From an uncultured Candidatus Saccharibacteria bacterium (lineage in GTDB: Bacteria; Patescibacteriota; Minisyncoccia; Phycocordibacterales; EsbW-18), in NCBI GenBank assembly GCA_964447415.1, contig CAYUSN010000003.1, forward strand, positions 5,418 through 69,417: 64,000 bases of DNA. The letters run 5' to 3'. A program made the translations under genes and the position numbers. Below, piece by piece: positions 48,388-57,435 of the stretch (position 1 is its first letter; each line of letters begins with the position of its first letter). The notes beneath the pieces are model-generated. The model had not been told where the DNA came from. It searched no databases and was given only the letters and a program-made list of their open reading frames with translations.

Positions 48388-49404
48388 CTACACAACGAGA
48401 TTTTTCGGCGTTCCGGAAATAAATCCTTCTATAGAATCAAGTGTTGATTCGAGTATACGTTCAACCGCTTCTTTCGTATTAAAGGCAATGTGCGGCGTTA
48501 TCACAACGTTAGGCATGTCCACCAGCACATGATTGGCAAGCACAGTTTTAAGATCATGTTCTTCGGGGTCTTTTGACAGCAAAAATTGCATTTCATCCTG
48601 CACAACCCCCTCTTCTTCAAGCACATCGAGTCCAGCACCGCCGAGATGCCCGCTTTGAAGCGCGGAAAGCAGCGCCTGTGTATCGACAACCGCGCCGCGA
48701 CTTGTGTTTATCAATACCGCTCCTTGTTTCATTTTTGAAAGCGCCGTTGCATCAATAAGGTGCCGTGACGTATCGCTGAACGACACGTGCAGTGTCACAA
48801 TGTCGCTTTGTGCCAGAAGATCGTCGAGGGAAACGTAGGAAAATCCCGCCTCCTGTGAGAGTGCTTCGTTCGGGGAAATGTCGTACGCGAGCACACGCAT
48901 ATCAAACCCGCGTGCGATTTTTGCAGCATGAAATCCGATTCGCCCCATGCCGACAATGCCGATGGTTTTTCCTTTTAGATCAAACCCTTGGAGCGCGTCC
49001 CAGTGAAAATTCCCCTGTTCGCGAATCTGGTCGTAGCCGGCGTAAATACGCTTGGAAAGCGAAAGCAGCAGGCCGAAGGCATGTTCCGCAACCGTGTTCT
49101 CTCCGTAAAACGGGACGTACGAAACGATAATGCCGCGTTTTTTTGCCTCCGCAATGTCAATGTGGTCAAATCCCGTCGAGCGGGTAGAAAGCAGTTTGAG
49201 GTTCGGCAACTGTACAAGGTGCGATGCGTGCACCGGAGAACCCACGAAAACCGACACGATTTCGGCATCCACTGCGCGGCTGATTGTTGCATCGTCTATT
49301 TTTTCCGCCACAAACTCCGTCTCCACGCCGATACCCCGCTCCGCAATACGACGTGACAAAAATGATTCGTGTTCGGGCGTACAGCCAAAGAAAACTGCTT
49401 TCAT
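48388..49404 (-). CDS. D-2-hydroxyacid dehydrogenase (D-lactate dehydrogenase-like)
   Basis: RSTGFDHID, GMGRIG, INTSRG, LDVLEEE, TPHIAF. Confidence 0.92.
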   Translation of the reverse strand: MKAVFFGCTPEHESFLSRRIAERGIGVETEFVAEKIDDATISRAVDAEIVSVFVGSPVHASHLVQLPNLKLLSTRSTGFDHIDIAEAKKRGIIVSYVPFYGENTVAEHAFGLLLSLSKRIYAGYDQIREQGNFHWDALQGFDLKGKTIGIVGMGRIGFHAAKIARGFDMRVLAYDISPNEALSQEAGFSYVSLDDLLAQSDIVTLHVSFSDTSRHLIDATALSKMKQGAVLINTSRGAVVDTQALLSALQSGHLGGAGLDVLEEEGVVQDEMQFLLSKDPEEHDLKTVLANHVLVDMPNVVITPHIAFNTKEAVERILESTLDSIEGFISGTPKNLVV

Positions 49405-49405
49405 A

Positions 49406-51826
49406 TTATTTTTTTAACGACTGTTCCGTTTTATAAATTGACTCAATGGTTTTTATAACGACGTCAGGGTTCAGTGACATGCTCTGAATTCCCTCCCGCA
49501 CCAAAAACCTTGCAAACTCAGGTATATCCGACGGTCCCTGACCGCAGATACCGATATACTTTCCGCGCCGGTTGCATGCGTTGATTGCCGTAGAAATCAG
49601 GCTCTTTACCGCATCGTTGTTTTCGTTGCCGATGTACGACAATGCGCCCGCATCACGATCGAGACCGAGCGTCAGTTGTGTCAGATCATTTGAGCCGATG
49701 GACATTCCGTCAAACATATCCAAGAATTTGTCGGCAAGCAGAACATTTGAAGGGATTTCGCACATCATATATACGGGTACCGTTTTTTCCGAACGCTTGT
49801 ACCCTTGCAGCTGCGCATACTCCGTCACCAGCCCTTCTTTCGCCATTATGGTAAGTGTTTGTTCGGCTTCTTTCAGTGTACGGCAAAACGGAATCATAGG
49901 GATAACGTTATCAAAACCCATGTCGTCGCGAACACGCTTAATCGCCTGACACTCCAGCGCAAATGCGGGCGCAAACCGTGCATCGGAGTAGCGGGACGCG
50001 CCGCGCCATCCGATCATCGGATTTTCCTCGGCAGGTTCGTATGCATCCCCGCCCAACAGTGTGCGGTACTCGTTTGTTTTAAAATCGGAAAACCGCACAA
50101 TCACCGGTCGCGGGTGAAACGCGGCCGCAATCGTGGCAATGCCGAACGCGAGCCGGTCAACATAGAACGCGACTTTGTCCTCCCATCCTTTTGTTTTTGC
50201 GTCAATCTGTTTTTTCAGCGTTGTGGGTAGTTTTTTATAGTCCAGAAGCGCGGAGGGATGCACGCCGACTGACGCGATAATAAACTCCTCGCGCGCAAGT
50301 CCGACGCCGGTAACCGGCAACATGGACGCCTCAAATGCGTGATCGGGAGACGCGACGTTGACCATCACTTTTGTTTTCGGTTTCGGTAGGTGTGCGATGT
50401 TGTGCTTCGTCGTCTCAAAACGCAATATTCCTTTCATTACCAGACCCTGCGTTCCGGTCGTATCAACGGTCACTTCCATTCCTGTTTTGATTTTACTCGT
50501 CGCGTTTCCGGCGCCGACGATTGCGGGAATGCCCAGTTCACGTGACACAATCGCCGCGTGCGACGTTCTGCCGCCCTTGTCGGTGACGATAGCGGACGCG
50601 ATTTTCATAATCGGTTCCCAGTCCGGGTCGGTCATGTCAGTCACCAGCACCTCGCCTTTTTTAAACGTGTGTGCCTGTTTCGGCGACAAAATAACGTGTG
50701 CCGTTCCCGTTGCGACTCTGCTTCCGACCGACATTCCCTCGCACAACACCGGCCCGTTTTCTTTTCTCTCGTACTCAATAATGGTGCTGTAATCGCGAAG
50801 CGCGTGAATCGTCTCAGGGCGCGCCTGCACAATGTAGAGTTTCCCGTCACGGCCGTCCTGCGCCCACTCCATGTCCATCGGCGTCCACTTCCCCGCCTTG
50901 GCAGAGTAGTGCTCTTCAATCGTAATCGCCCACTGCGCAAGCGTTCTGATGTCACGGTCGGAAAGCACCCACGTATCGCGCTCTTTCGGTTTGGTCGGCA
51001 CCACTTTCGTCGGTTTTGTGCTGCTACCGTAAATCATTTTCGTCATTTTACTGCCGAGTGTTTTTGAAACGATAGGAAGTTTTCCTTTTGCGAGCGGCTG
51101 TTTAAATACAACATACTCATCGGGCGTCACCTTTCCCTGCACCACCATTTCTCCTAAGCCCCACGCCGCGTTGATAATGGTCACATTCTTAAAACCGGTT
51201 TCCGTGTCGATAGAAAACATGACTCCTGAGGCGCCGACATCCGAGCGCACCATTTTCTGAACACCGACGGACAAGGCGATGGTTTCCTGCCGGAATCCCT
51301 TGTCCACACGGTATGAAATCGCACGGTCGGTAAACAGCGACGCCATTGCTTTTTGCGTCGCAACGATAACCGCCTTGGCACCGCGAATGCCGAGATAGGT
51401 TTCGTGTTCTCCGGCAAATGACGCGCCGGGGAGGTCTTCTGCGGTTGCCGACGAGCGCACTGCAACATCGACATTTTTCCCGTACTCTTGCTCCATAAGA
51501 CGGTACGCTTCGGCAATTTCTTTCGCGAGCATTTCCGGCATCTGTACCTTAACGATGGCGGTGCGTATTTTTTTCCCGCGAACCGAAAGATCGCGAATAT
51601 TATGTGTATCAAGACCGGCAAGCGTTTGAACAACAAAAGCATCCATACCGGTTTCTTTCATAAAATACCGGTACGCGTCCGCGGTAATGACAAATCCTCC
51701 GGGGACCGAGACCCCTTTTGCGGATAACTCCTGAATCATTTCTCCTAAACTTGCATTCTTTCCCCCGACACGGGAAACATCTTTCATGGAGACATTCTGC
51801 ATCTGCAGGATAAACGGTGTGGTCAT
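49406..51826 (-). CDS. ppsA: Phosphoenolpyruvate synthase
   Basis: GGKNASLGE, AVRSSATAED, TSHAAI, GSNDLTQ. Confidence 0.96.
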   Translation of the reverse strand: MTTPFILQMQNVSMKDVSRVGGKNASLGEMIQELSAKGVSVPGGFVITADAYRYFMKETGMDAFVVQTLAGLDTHNIRDLSVRGKKIRTAIVKVQMPEMLAKEIAEAYRLMEQEYGKNVDVAVRSSATAEDLPGASFAGEHETYLGIRGAKAVIVATQKAMASLFTDRAISYRVDKGFRQETIALSVGVQKMVRSDVGASGVMFSIDTETGFKNVTIINAAWGLGEMVVQGKVTPDEYVVFKQPLAKGKLPIVSKTLGSKMTKMIYGSSTKPTKVVPTKPKERDTWVLSDRDIRTLAQWAITIEEHYSAKAGKWTPMDMEWAQDGRDGKLYIVQARPETIHALRDYSTIIEYERKENGPVLCEGMSVGSRVATGTAHVILSPKQAHTFKKGEVLVTDMTDPDWEPIMKIASAIVTDKGGRTSHAAIVSRELGIPAIVGAGNATSKIKTGMEVTVDTTGTQGLVMKGILRFETTKHNIAHLPKPKTKVMVNVASPDHAFEASMLPVTGVGLAREEFIIASVGVHPSALLDYKKLPTTLKKQIDAKTKGWEDKVAFYVDRLAFGIATIAAAFHPRPVIVRFSDFKTNEYRTLLGGDAYEPAEENPMIGWRGASRYSDARFAPAFALECQAIKRVRDDMGFDNVIPMIPFCRTLKEAEQTLTIMAKEGLVTEYAQLQGYKRSEKTVPVYMMCEIPSNVLLADKFLDMFDGMSIGSNDLTQLTLGLDRDAGALSYIGNENNDAVKSLISTAINACNRRGKYIGICGQGPSDIPEFARFLVREGIQSMSLNPDVVIKTIESIYKTEQSLKK

Positions 51827-51832
51827 ACGGTC

Positions 51833-53110
51833 TTATTTTAACGCAATAATGAGATCAGATACATTCGAGCCGGTATCGCCGGTGATAATGTGTCCGTCGG
51901 TCGCCTTAAAAAACGCATACGAGTCATGTCGGGTAAGAAAGTCCTCCGGGGACATACCCTGCCCTTTTGCGCGCTCCGCAATATCGGTATCACACACTGC
52001 TCCCGCCGCATCAGTGTTGTCCCGTCCGTCGCTTGCGCACGCAATCAGTAATTCCCCGTTTTTGATTTCGGAAAGTCCCGCAAGCGCAACTTCCTGATTT
52101 CGTCCGCCGACGCCGTGCGCAGCACCGGAAGCAACGGTCGTTTCACCACCGAACAGAAGCGCGGTTTTTTCAGGTTCATTGTGCAGTCGGGATACGGTAT
52201 CGCGCGAAACTTCCTGCGCTTCTCCAGAGAGCGTGGCGGTCACCGTCGTTGCTGTATAGCCGAGCCCGGTCGCTTTTTGTTTCATCGCGTCAAGCGCCAC
52301 CGTATTTGAAACCACCACGGTATTGAACACTTTTTCAAAAAACTTTTCTTCTTTCGGTGTTTCAAAAAGAAATTGTGTTGTATCGGAGAGATTGTATTTT
52401 GAAAGAATCTGTTCGGCGTCGGCAACTGTTGTTGCATCAAGCACCGTCGGACCCGACGAAATAAACGCAATGTCATCTCCGGGAACATCGGAAAATATAA
52501 GCGACACCACCGTTGCCGGATACGCATGTTTGGCGATACCGCCCCCGCGCGCCTTCGACAGGTGCTTGCGAACGATGTTTGTTTCCTGAATAGTTGCTCC
52601 GGCGCGCATCAATGACGACACGATATGCGCCTCGTCTGCAACCGTCGTTCCCTCGCCCGGCTGACACAGCAGTGCGGAACCGCCTCCGGACACAAGAACA
52701 ATAACCAAGTCTGTTTCAGTAGAGTCATTGAGGAATGAAAGGAGGTGCGCAGTTGCCGTGATGTTTCGTTCTTCTGACAACGGGTGCGAGCCGACAAACA
52801 ATTTAATTTGTTTCGGCATTTCATGTTCGTGCACGTCAATAACCACACCGTCGGATAACCGGTCTCCGAGTACTTCTGCAAGCGCACACGCCGCATCTGC
52901 AGAGCACTTTCCCGCCCCAACAACACGAATACGGGAAAACACAGACGCATCGTATACGGTGCCAGCAATACTAATCTGTGATCCGGACAACGAAACCGCC
53001 CTTCGGACAGCCGAATAGGTGTCTATCGCCTCAAGACCGGCATCAAGGATGGAGAGTCCGTCGATTCGTTTTTGCGTCGTTGCTATCTCTGAAAAATTCT
53101 TAATTTTCAT
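51833..53110 (-). CDS. Glycerate 2-kinase (DUF4147/MOFRL family)
   Basis: GAGK, SGGGSAL, SDVPGD, GGETT, GGRNQE, TGSNV. Confidence 0.92.
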   Translation of the reverse strand: MKIKNFSEIATTQKRIDGLSILDAGLEAIDTYSAVRRAVSLSGSQISIAGTVYDASVFSRIRVVGAGKCSADAACALAEVLGDRLSDGVVIDVHEHEMPKQIKLFVGSHPLSEERNITATAHLLSFLNDSTETDLVIVLVSGGGSALLCQPGEGTTVADEAHIVSSLMRAGATIQETNIVRKHLSKARGGGIAKHAYPATVVSLIFSDVPGDDIAFISSGPTVLDATTVADAEQILSKYNLSDTTQFLFETPKEEKFFEKVFNTVVVSNTVALDAMKQKATGLGYTATTVTATLSGEAQEVSRDTVSRLHNEPEKTALLFGGETTVASGAAHGVGGRNQEVALAGLSEIKNGELLIACASDGRDNTDAAGAVCDTDIAERAKGQGMSPEDFLTRHDSYAFFKATDGHIITGDTGSNVSDLIIALK

Positions 53111-53217
53111 AGGATATGAACACATCTATTGTAACAGACCGGAAGACGGTATGCTTCGCGGAATACCGGCCCAAATGAAAGAGTTTTTCGTCAGAACTTG
53201 ATACACTACAGGCATCT

Positions 53218-53835
53218 ATGCGACGCTTCCCCGCACGTGACGTACAGGAATTTCGTGTTTTCAAAAAACTGGACACACCTGAAAAAATACAGGATTTTCT
53301 GAATTCTCTTCCGTTTAATTTTGAAAAAGGCGGCGACACCATGCGTTCTCCCCTTGAAACACTCAGGTATTCAAAGGCGCACTGTTTTGAGGGCGCGCTT
53401 CTCGCCGCGGCGGCACTGTGGTATCACGGAGAAAAACCACTCCTGCTTGATTTGGAAACCACACTGAAAGACCAGTCGCACGTGGTGGCGTTGTTTCGAC
53501 GCGACGGTTTATGGGGTGCGGTTTCAAAAACGAATCATGCGGTACTCCGCTACCGTGATCCGGTGTACAAAACCGTCCGTGAACTCGCAGTGTCGTATTT
53601 CAATGAATATTTTCTCGACTCCGGTGTAAAAACGCTTCGCACGTACTCACGACCGTTTTCTCTTCTTGGTCTCGGAGACGACTGGCTTACCACAAACAAA
53701 CCGCTTTGGTCCATTGAAAAAAAACTCATCGCGTCTGCGCATACACCGATTGCACCGACGCGTACGCTTAAAAACCTTCGCCGCGTAGACGCGGCTGAAA
53801 TCGCCGCCGGAAAAATAATCGAGTGGAAAAAATAA
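53218..53835 (+). CDS. Conserved hypothetical protein, possible transglutaminase-like Cys-His fold
   Basis: AHCFEGAL...SHVVALF...SKTN...RDPVY. Confidence 0.7.
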   Translation: MRRFPARDVQEFRVFKKLDTPEKIQDFLNSLPFNFEKGGDTMRSPLETLRYSKAHCFEGALLAAAALWYHGEKPLLLDLETTLKDQSHVVALFRRDGLWGAVSKTNHAVLRYRDPVYKTVRELAVSYFNEYFLDSGVKTLRTYSRPFSLLGLGDDWLTTNKPLWSIEKKLIASAHTPIAPTRTLKNLRRVDAAEIAAGKIIEWKK

Positions 53836-54228
53836 CTACTCGGTCGTGACACCGTCGAAATGTTCTTCAACCGCATCCGTTTTTGTCGGATGTACCGTAC
53901 CGTCTTTGTGTTCGGCCGGCGAATATATCGTATAGAGTTTCAAATCATCCGTTCCTGAGGTATTTATGACGTTGTGTTGCGCCCCTGCGGGAATGACCAC
54001 CGCGCTGCCGTCGTGCACTTCGTGCTCTGCGCCGTCAATCACCACTTTTCCTTCACCTTTTTCAAAACGGAAAAATTGGTCAACGTCCTCGTGCACTTCC
54101 GAACCGATATCTTCACCCGGTGCAAGACTCATGAGCACAAGCTGGCTGTGCTTGCCCGTGTACACCACGCGGCGAAAATCAATGTTTGTAATCGTCGCCT
54201 CTTCTATATTGTGTATGTATCCTTTCAT
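53836..54228 (-). CDS. Cupin domain protein
   Basis: EVH...DQFF...IPAGAQHNV. Confidence 0.9.
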   Translation of the reverse strand: MKGYIHNIEEATITNIDFRRVVYTGKHSQLVLMSLAPGEDIGSEVHEDVDQFFRFEKGEGKVVIDGAEHEVHDGSAVVIPAGAQHNVINTSGTDDLKLYTIYSPAEHKDGTVHPTKTDAVEEHFDGVTTE

Positions 54229-54319
54229 GTTGTTTTTTTACTGTTATGTATATGCTGACGTACTACTATAAAAAACATGACGGGGCTGCGCCATTGCGAT
54301 ATACACCCCTGCTGGTTCT

Positions 54320-55570
54320 CTACTCAATAAACGTAAGTGCCGTACCGCTTTTGTTGCTGCGGCCGGTGCGTCCGATTCGGTGAATATAGTCGTTATAGGT
54401 CTGCGGCAGGTCGTAGTTGATAACGTGCGTAATGTCGCTGATATCAAGACCGCGTGCCGCAACATCGGTTGCGACAAGCACCTGCACGTTGTTTTCCTTA
54501 AACGACTTCAGTGCCCGCTGGCGTCGTGAGTGGTTTTTGTCGCCGTGAATTGAATCCGCCTTAAACCCGCGTTCAATCAGTTTTCGGGACAGTTTTTCAA
54601 CGCCGTGTTTGGTGCGCCCGAAAATAAGCACCTTGCTGAATTCTTTTTTGTTGAGAAGGTCGTGCAGCACATCAAGTTTATCGGCACCGGGTGCAACCCG
54701 CACGATGTCCTGGTCTACATTCTGTGCAGTATCCTGCGTTTTAACCGAAATAGAGACGGGATCAACAAGAAAATCTTTGATGAGTTTTTGAATATCCGGT
54801 GAAAGTGTCGCCGAGAAAAAGAGCGTGTGTCGCGGCGTCGGCATTTTCCCCATAATTGCGCGCATGTCGCCGATAAATCCCATATCAAGCATTCGGTCGG
54901 CCTCGTCAAGCACGACATTGCCGAACTCTTCAGGACGGATATTTCCGCGCGCAATGAGGTCTTTGAGGCGCCCCGGCGTGCCGATAATCACGCTGTGCTG
55001 CCGGCGCAAGTCCGCAATCTGCTTGCCGATGCTCATGCCGCCGACGCAGCATACGGAGAACAGGCGGATGCCTTTTGTAAATTCCTTAAACTCCTGATCA
55101 ATCTGAATGGCGAGTTCCCTTGTCGGCACCATGATAAGCGCCTTCTCGCGCGGCGCCTGCAGAATTTTATCGATGAGCGGAATAAGAAACGCCGCGGTTT
55201 TTCCCGTTCCGGTGTTGGCGATACCAACCACATCTTCTCCGTTGAGAATGTGCGGAATGGTTCGGTCCTGAATCGGCGTCGGCAACAGATACCCTTTGGC
55301 GATAATCGCCTTTTTGAGCTCCGGTGCAATTTCAAAATCATCAAAGCGATGCTCGGGCATAAAATGTTCCGTCTTCTCCGTAATCACCGCTTTGCTGATG
55401 AAACGCGCGACATCAATCCGCTCGCCTCCTCCACGGCCGCGGTTTCCCTGCGGTCGGGACCCGCGAAACGGCGCGCGCTGAAAACGGCCCGCTGTGCGTA
55501 TTCCTGAAAATCGTTTGGGGTGCGCGTGCCGTCGTTGGCCGCCCTGCCCGCTGTGTGCGTGTGTATGCAT
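54320..55570 (-). CDS. DEAD-box RNA helicase
   Basis: GTGKT, PTREL, DEAD, SAT, HRIGRTGR. Confidence 0.97.
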   Translation of the reverse strand: MHTHAHSGQGGQRRHAHPKRFSGIRTAGRFQRAPFRGSRPQGNRGRGGGERIDVARFISKAVITEKTEHFMPEHRFDDFEIAPELKKAIIAKGYLLPTPIQDRTIPHILNGEDVVGIANTGTGKTAAFLIPLIDKILQAPREKALIMVPTRELAIQIDQEFKEFTKGIRLFSVCCVGGMSIGKQIADLRRQHSVIIGTPGRLKDLIARGNIRPEEFGNVVLDEADRMLDMGFIGDMRAIMGKMPTPRHTLFFSATLSPDIQKLIKDFLVDPVSISVKTQDTAQNVDQDIVRVAPGADKLDVLHDLLNKKEFSKVLIFGRTKHGVEKLSRKLIERGFKADSIHGDKNHSRRQRALKSFKENNVQVLVATDVAARGLDISDITHVINYDLPQTYNDYIHRIGRTGRSNKSGTALTFIE

Positions 55571-55688
55571 AAAGAATGACGAAAACTAGTGTCCCGTCAG
55601 TCTTGTATGAGGCCTAAAAAAGTAATGATGCCTCGCATGTACGAACGTATGCCGTACAAAAAACTAATGAGAGTAGTACCGTGCTCTG

Positions 55689-55717
55689 AGTATATCCTAT
55701 ATCGGTGTGTTTGTCAA
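55689..55717 (-). promoter_or_regulatory. Sigma70 promoter of the DEAD-box helicase gene
   Basis: TTGACA-17 bp-TATACT. Confidence 0.7.
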
Positions 55718-55749
55718 ACGCTGTAGTAATACCGCTCTCGTTCAAACAT

Positions 55750-55781
55750 AAAAAACACCCCGCCGAGGCGGGGTGTTTTTT
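55750..55781. terminator. Terminator
   Basis: AAAAAACACCCCGC-cgag-GCGGGGTGTTTTTT. Confidence 0.85.
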
Positions 55782-55788
55782 GAAATTA

Positions 55789-55977
55789 TTATTTCTTGAG
55801 CTTCATCGCGTCGTCTTTTGAAAGAAACTTGAACATGTTGCCTCCGCACTTTGCACACTTTCCTTTTGCTGACCATCGGTTGTTTTTTTCCGTTACGACC
55901 GGGTTGAGCATCTGCTGCATCGTCGGCTTGTTATTTTTGTCTCTGCATTTCATGCAGAGCGCCATAAGTTCCGCCAT
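55789..55977 (-). CDS. Small zinc-ribbon protein (DUF5679-like)
   Basis: CMKC...GKCAKCG. Confidence 0.8.
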   Translation of the reverse strand: MAELMALCMKCRDKNNKPTMQQMLNPVVTEKNNRWSAKGKCAKCGGNMFKFLSKDDAMKLKK

Positions 55978-56045
55978 ATAAAATAGTTAATGTATAAACT
56001 ACTTGAAATAGTGCCACAGAGACGCCCCGCTATCAATACTTCTGT

Positions 56046-56627
56046 TTATTGGGAATTGAAGTCCTTTTTTACGGCTTCAATAAAGCGTTTTCCGAAGCCC
56101 GACACCCACGCCCCGACAACAAGCACCGCAAGGAAAAACAATGATACAAAAATGAGTCCTTTTTGAAACGACATGCCGCCGAGATAGTACACAAGAAACA
56201 TAAACGGCAACGTTCCGATGAACGTCGAGAGCACGTAGTGCGACACGCGCATTTTGGTGAGCCCCGCCGCGTATGACACGTAGTCGAAATACGACGTGAC
56301 GGTAAACCGCAGCAGCACGAGCACCCAGAATTTTTGTTTTTCCGAATAGGAGTCTTCCCATTCATGTACAAGACGCAGCGATGCAAGGCGCCGCACTGCG
56401 GGTTCGCGGAAATATCGTCCGATATAAAACGCCGCAAGCGCACCGAGGTTTACCCCGATGACACCGAGCACAAAACCGAATTGCCAGCCGAACACCGCGA
56501 TGCCGAGCACATCAAGCAACAGTCCCGGAATCGGCGCAATAACAATAGGTACCGTGCGCAAAAGTACAAAAATAACCGGTGCAACAACCGGGTAGTGAGA
56601 CAAAAATCCTTGCAGTACGTCAATCAT
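56046..56627 (-). CDS. TVP38/VTT (DedA-like) membrane protein
   Basis: PIPG, FYIGR, LLRF, SYAAGLT. Confidence 0.85.
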   Translation of the reverse strand: MIDVLQGFLSHYPVVAPVIFVLLRTVPIVIAPIPGLLLDVLGIAVFGWQFGFVLGVIGVNLGALAAFYIGRYFREPAVRRLASLRLVHEWEDSYSEKQKFWVLVLLRFTVTSYFDYVSYAAGLTKMRVSHYVLSTFIGTLPFMFLVYYLGGMSFQKGLIFVSLFFLAVLVVGAWVSGFGKRFIEAVKKDFNSQ

Positions 56628-57037
56628 TACGAAGAAGTTCGGCCAAGCTGTTCACGGATCTTTTCAATAAGACCGTCGACAGATGTATCTGTTTTTTCAA
56701 AATAGTATGTCGGTGCAAACTCTGCCAGGCTCTTCATGGCTTCGTTGTCGGGACTCGAGACATTCGTCAGGATAAATACCGGTACGGTACTTCCCCATTC
56801 GCCCGACATGCGGAGTTTTCTGAGCATCTCAACACCGTCCATAACCGGCATGATAATATCCAGCAAGATAACATCGGGATGTTTTGCGAGCGCGTCTTCA
56901 AGACCGACGGCGCCGTCTTGCGCACGGATAACGCCGAATCCTTCTTTAATGAGCTTCTCGGTCAAAATACGCTGATAGGTCGGTTCATCCTCAACAACTT
57001 CAACCACAAGCACCGTTTTTTGTTTTGTTTCTTCCAC
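56627..57037 (-). CDS. Single-domain response regulator
   Basis: VEDE, LLDIIMP.MDG, LTN. Confidence 0.9.
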   Translation of the reverse strand: MEETKQKTVLVVEVVEDEPTYQRILTEKLIKEGFGVIRAQDGAVGLEDALAKHPDVILLDIIMPVMDGVEMLRKLRMSGEWGSTVPVFILTNVSSPDNEAMKSLAEFAPTYYFEKTDTSVDGLIEKIREQLGRTSS

Positions 57038-57051
57038 AGGAGTGCCGGTGG

Positions 57052-57420
57052 TTACAGTATCTTTGCCATTAAATCTTCAATCTGCGTATCCGCTTTGACA
57101 TAGTACTCAACCCCGCCGTCGGCAAGTGCAGCCGCAACCGCCTCGTTGTCGGAAAGATTCGTAAGCATAATGACACGTGCGTTTTTGCCCCAGCTGTCAT
57201 CACGAATTTTTTTGAGAACGGCAATGCCGCCGAGTTTCGGCAGCACAATATCAAGCAAGGTCACGTCAGGATGTTCCTTAAGCGCCATCTCAACGCCTTG
57301 TTCTCCGTCAACCGCAAGAAGTACCCGGCAGCCTGCGCGTGACAGACGGTCCATCAAAATCCGTCGATATGCCGCGTCGTCCTCAACCACCAGTATTGTT
57401 TTTGAAGAATGTTGTTCCAT
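57052..57420 (-). CDS. Single-domain response regulator
   Basis: VEDD, LLDIVLP, LTN, VKA. Confidence 0.9.
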   Translation of the reverse strand: MEQHSSKTILVVEDDAAYRRILMDRLSRAGCRVLLAVDGEQGVEMALKEHPDVTLLDIVLPKLGGIAVLKKIRDDSWGKNARVIMLTNLSDNEAVAAALADGGVEYYVKADTQIEDLMAKIL

Positions 57421-57435
57421 ATAACTAACGAGTGC

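Noticed and set aside
25235-55781. Near-identical hairpins AAAAACACCCCGC...GCGGGGTGTTTTT as a REP family
   Set aside because: Only two copies, both at gene ends; ordinary terminators explain them
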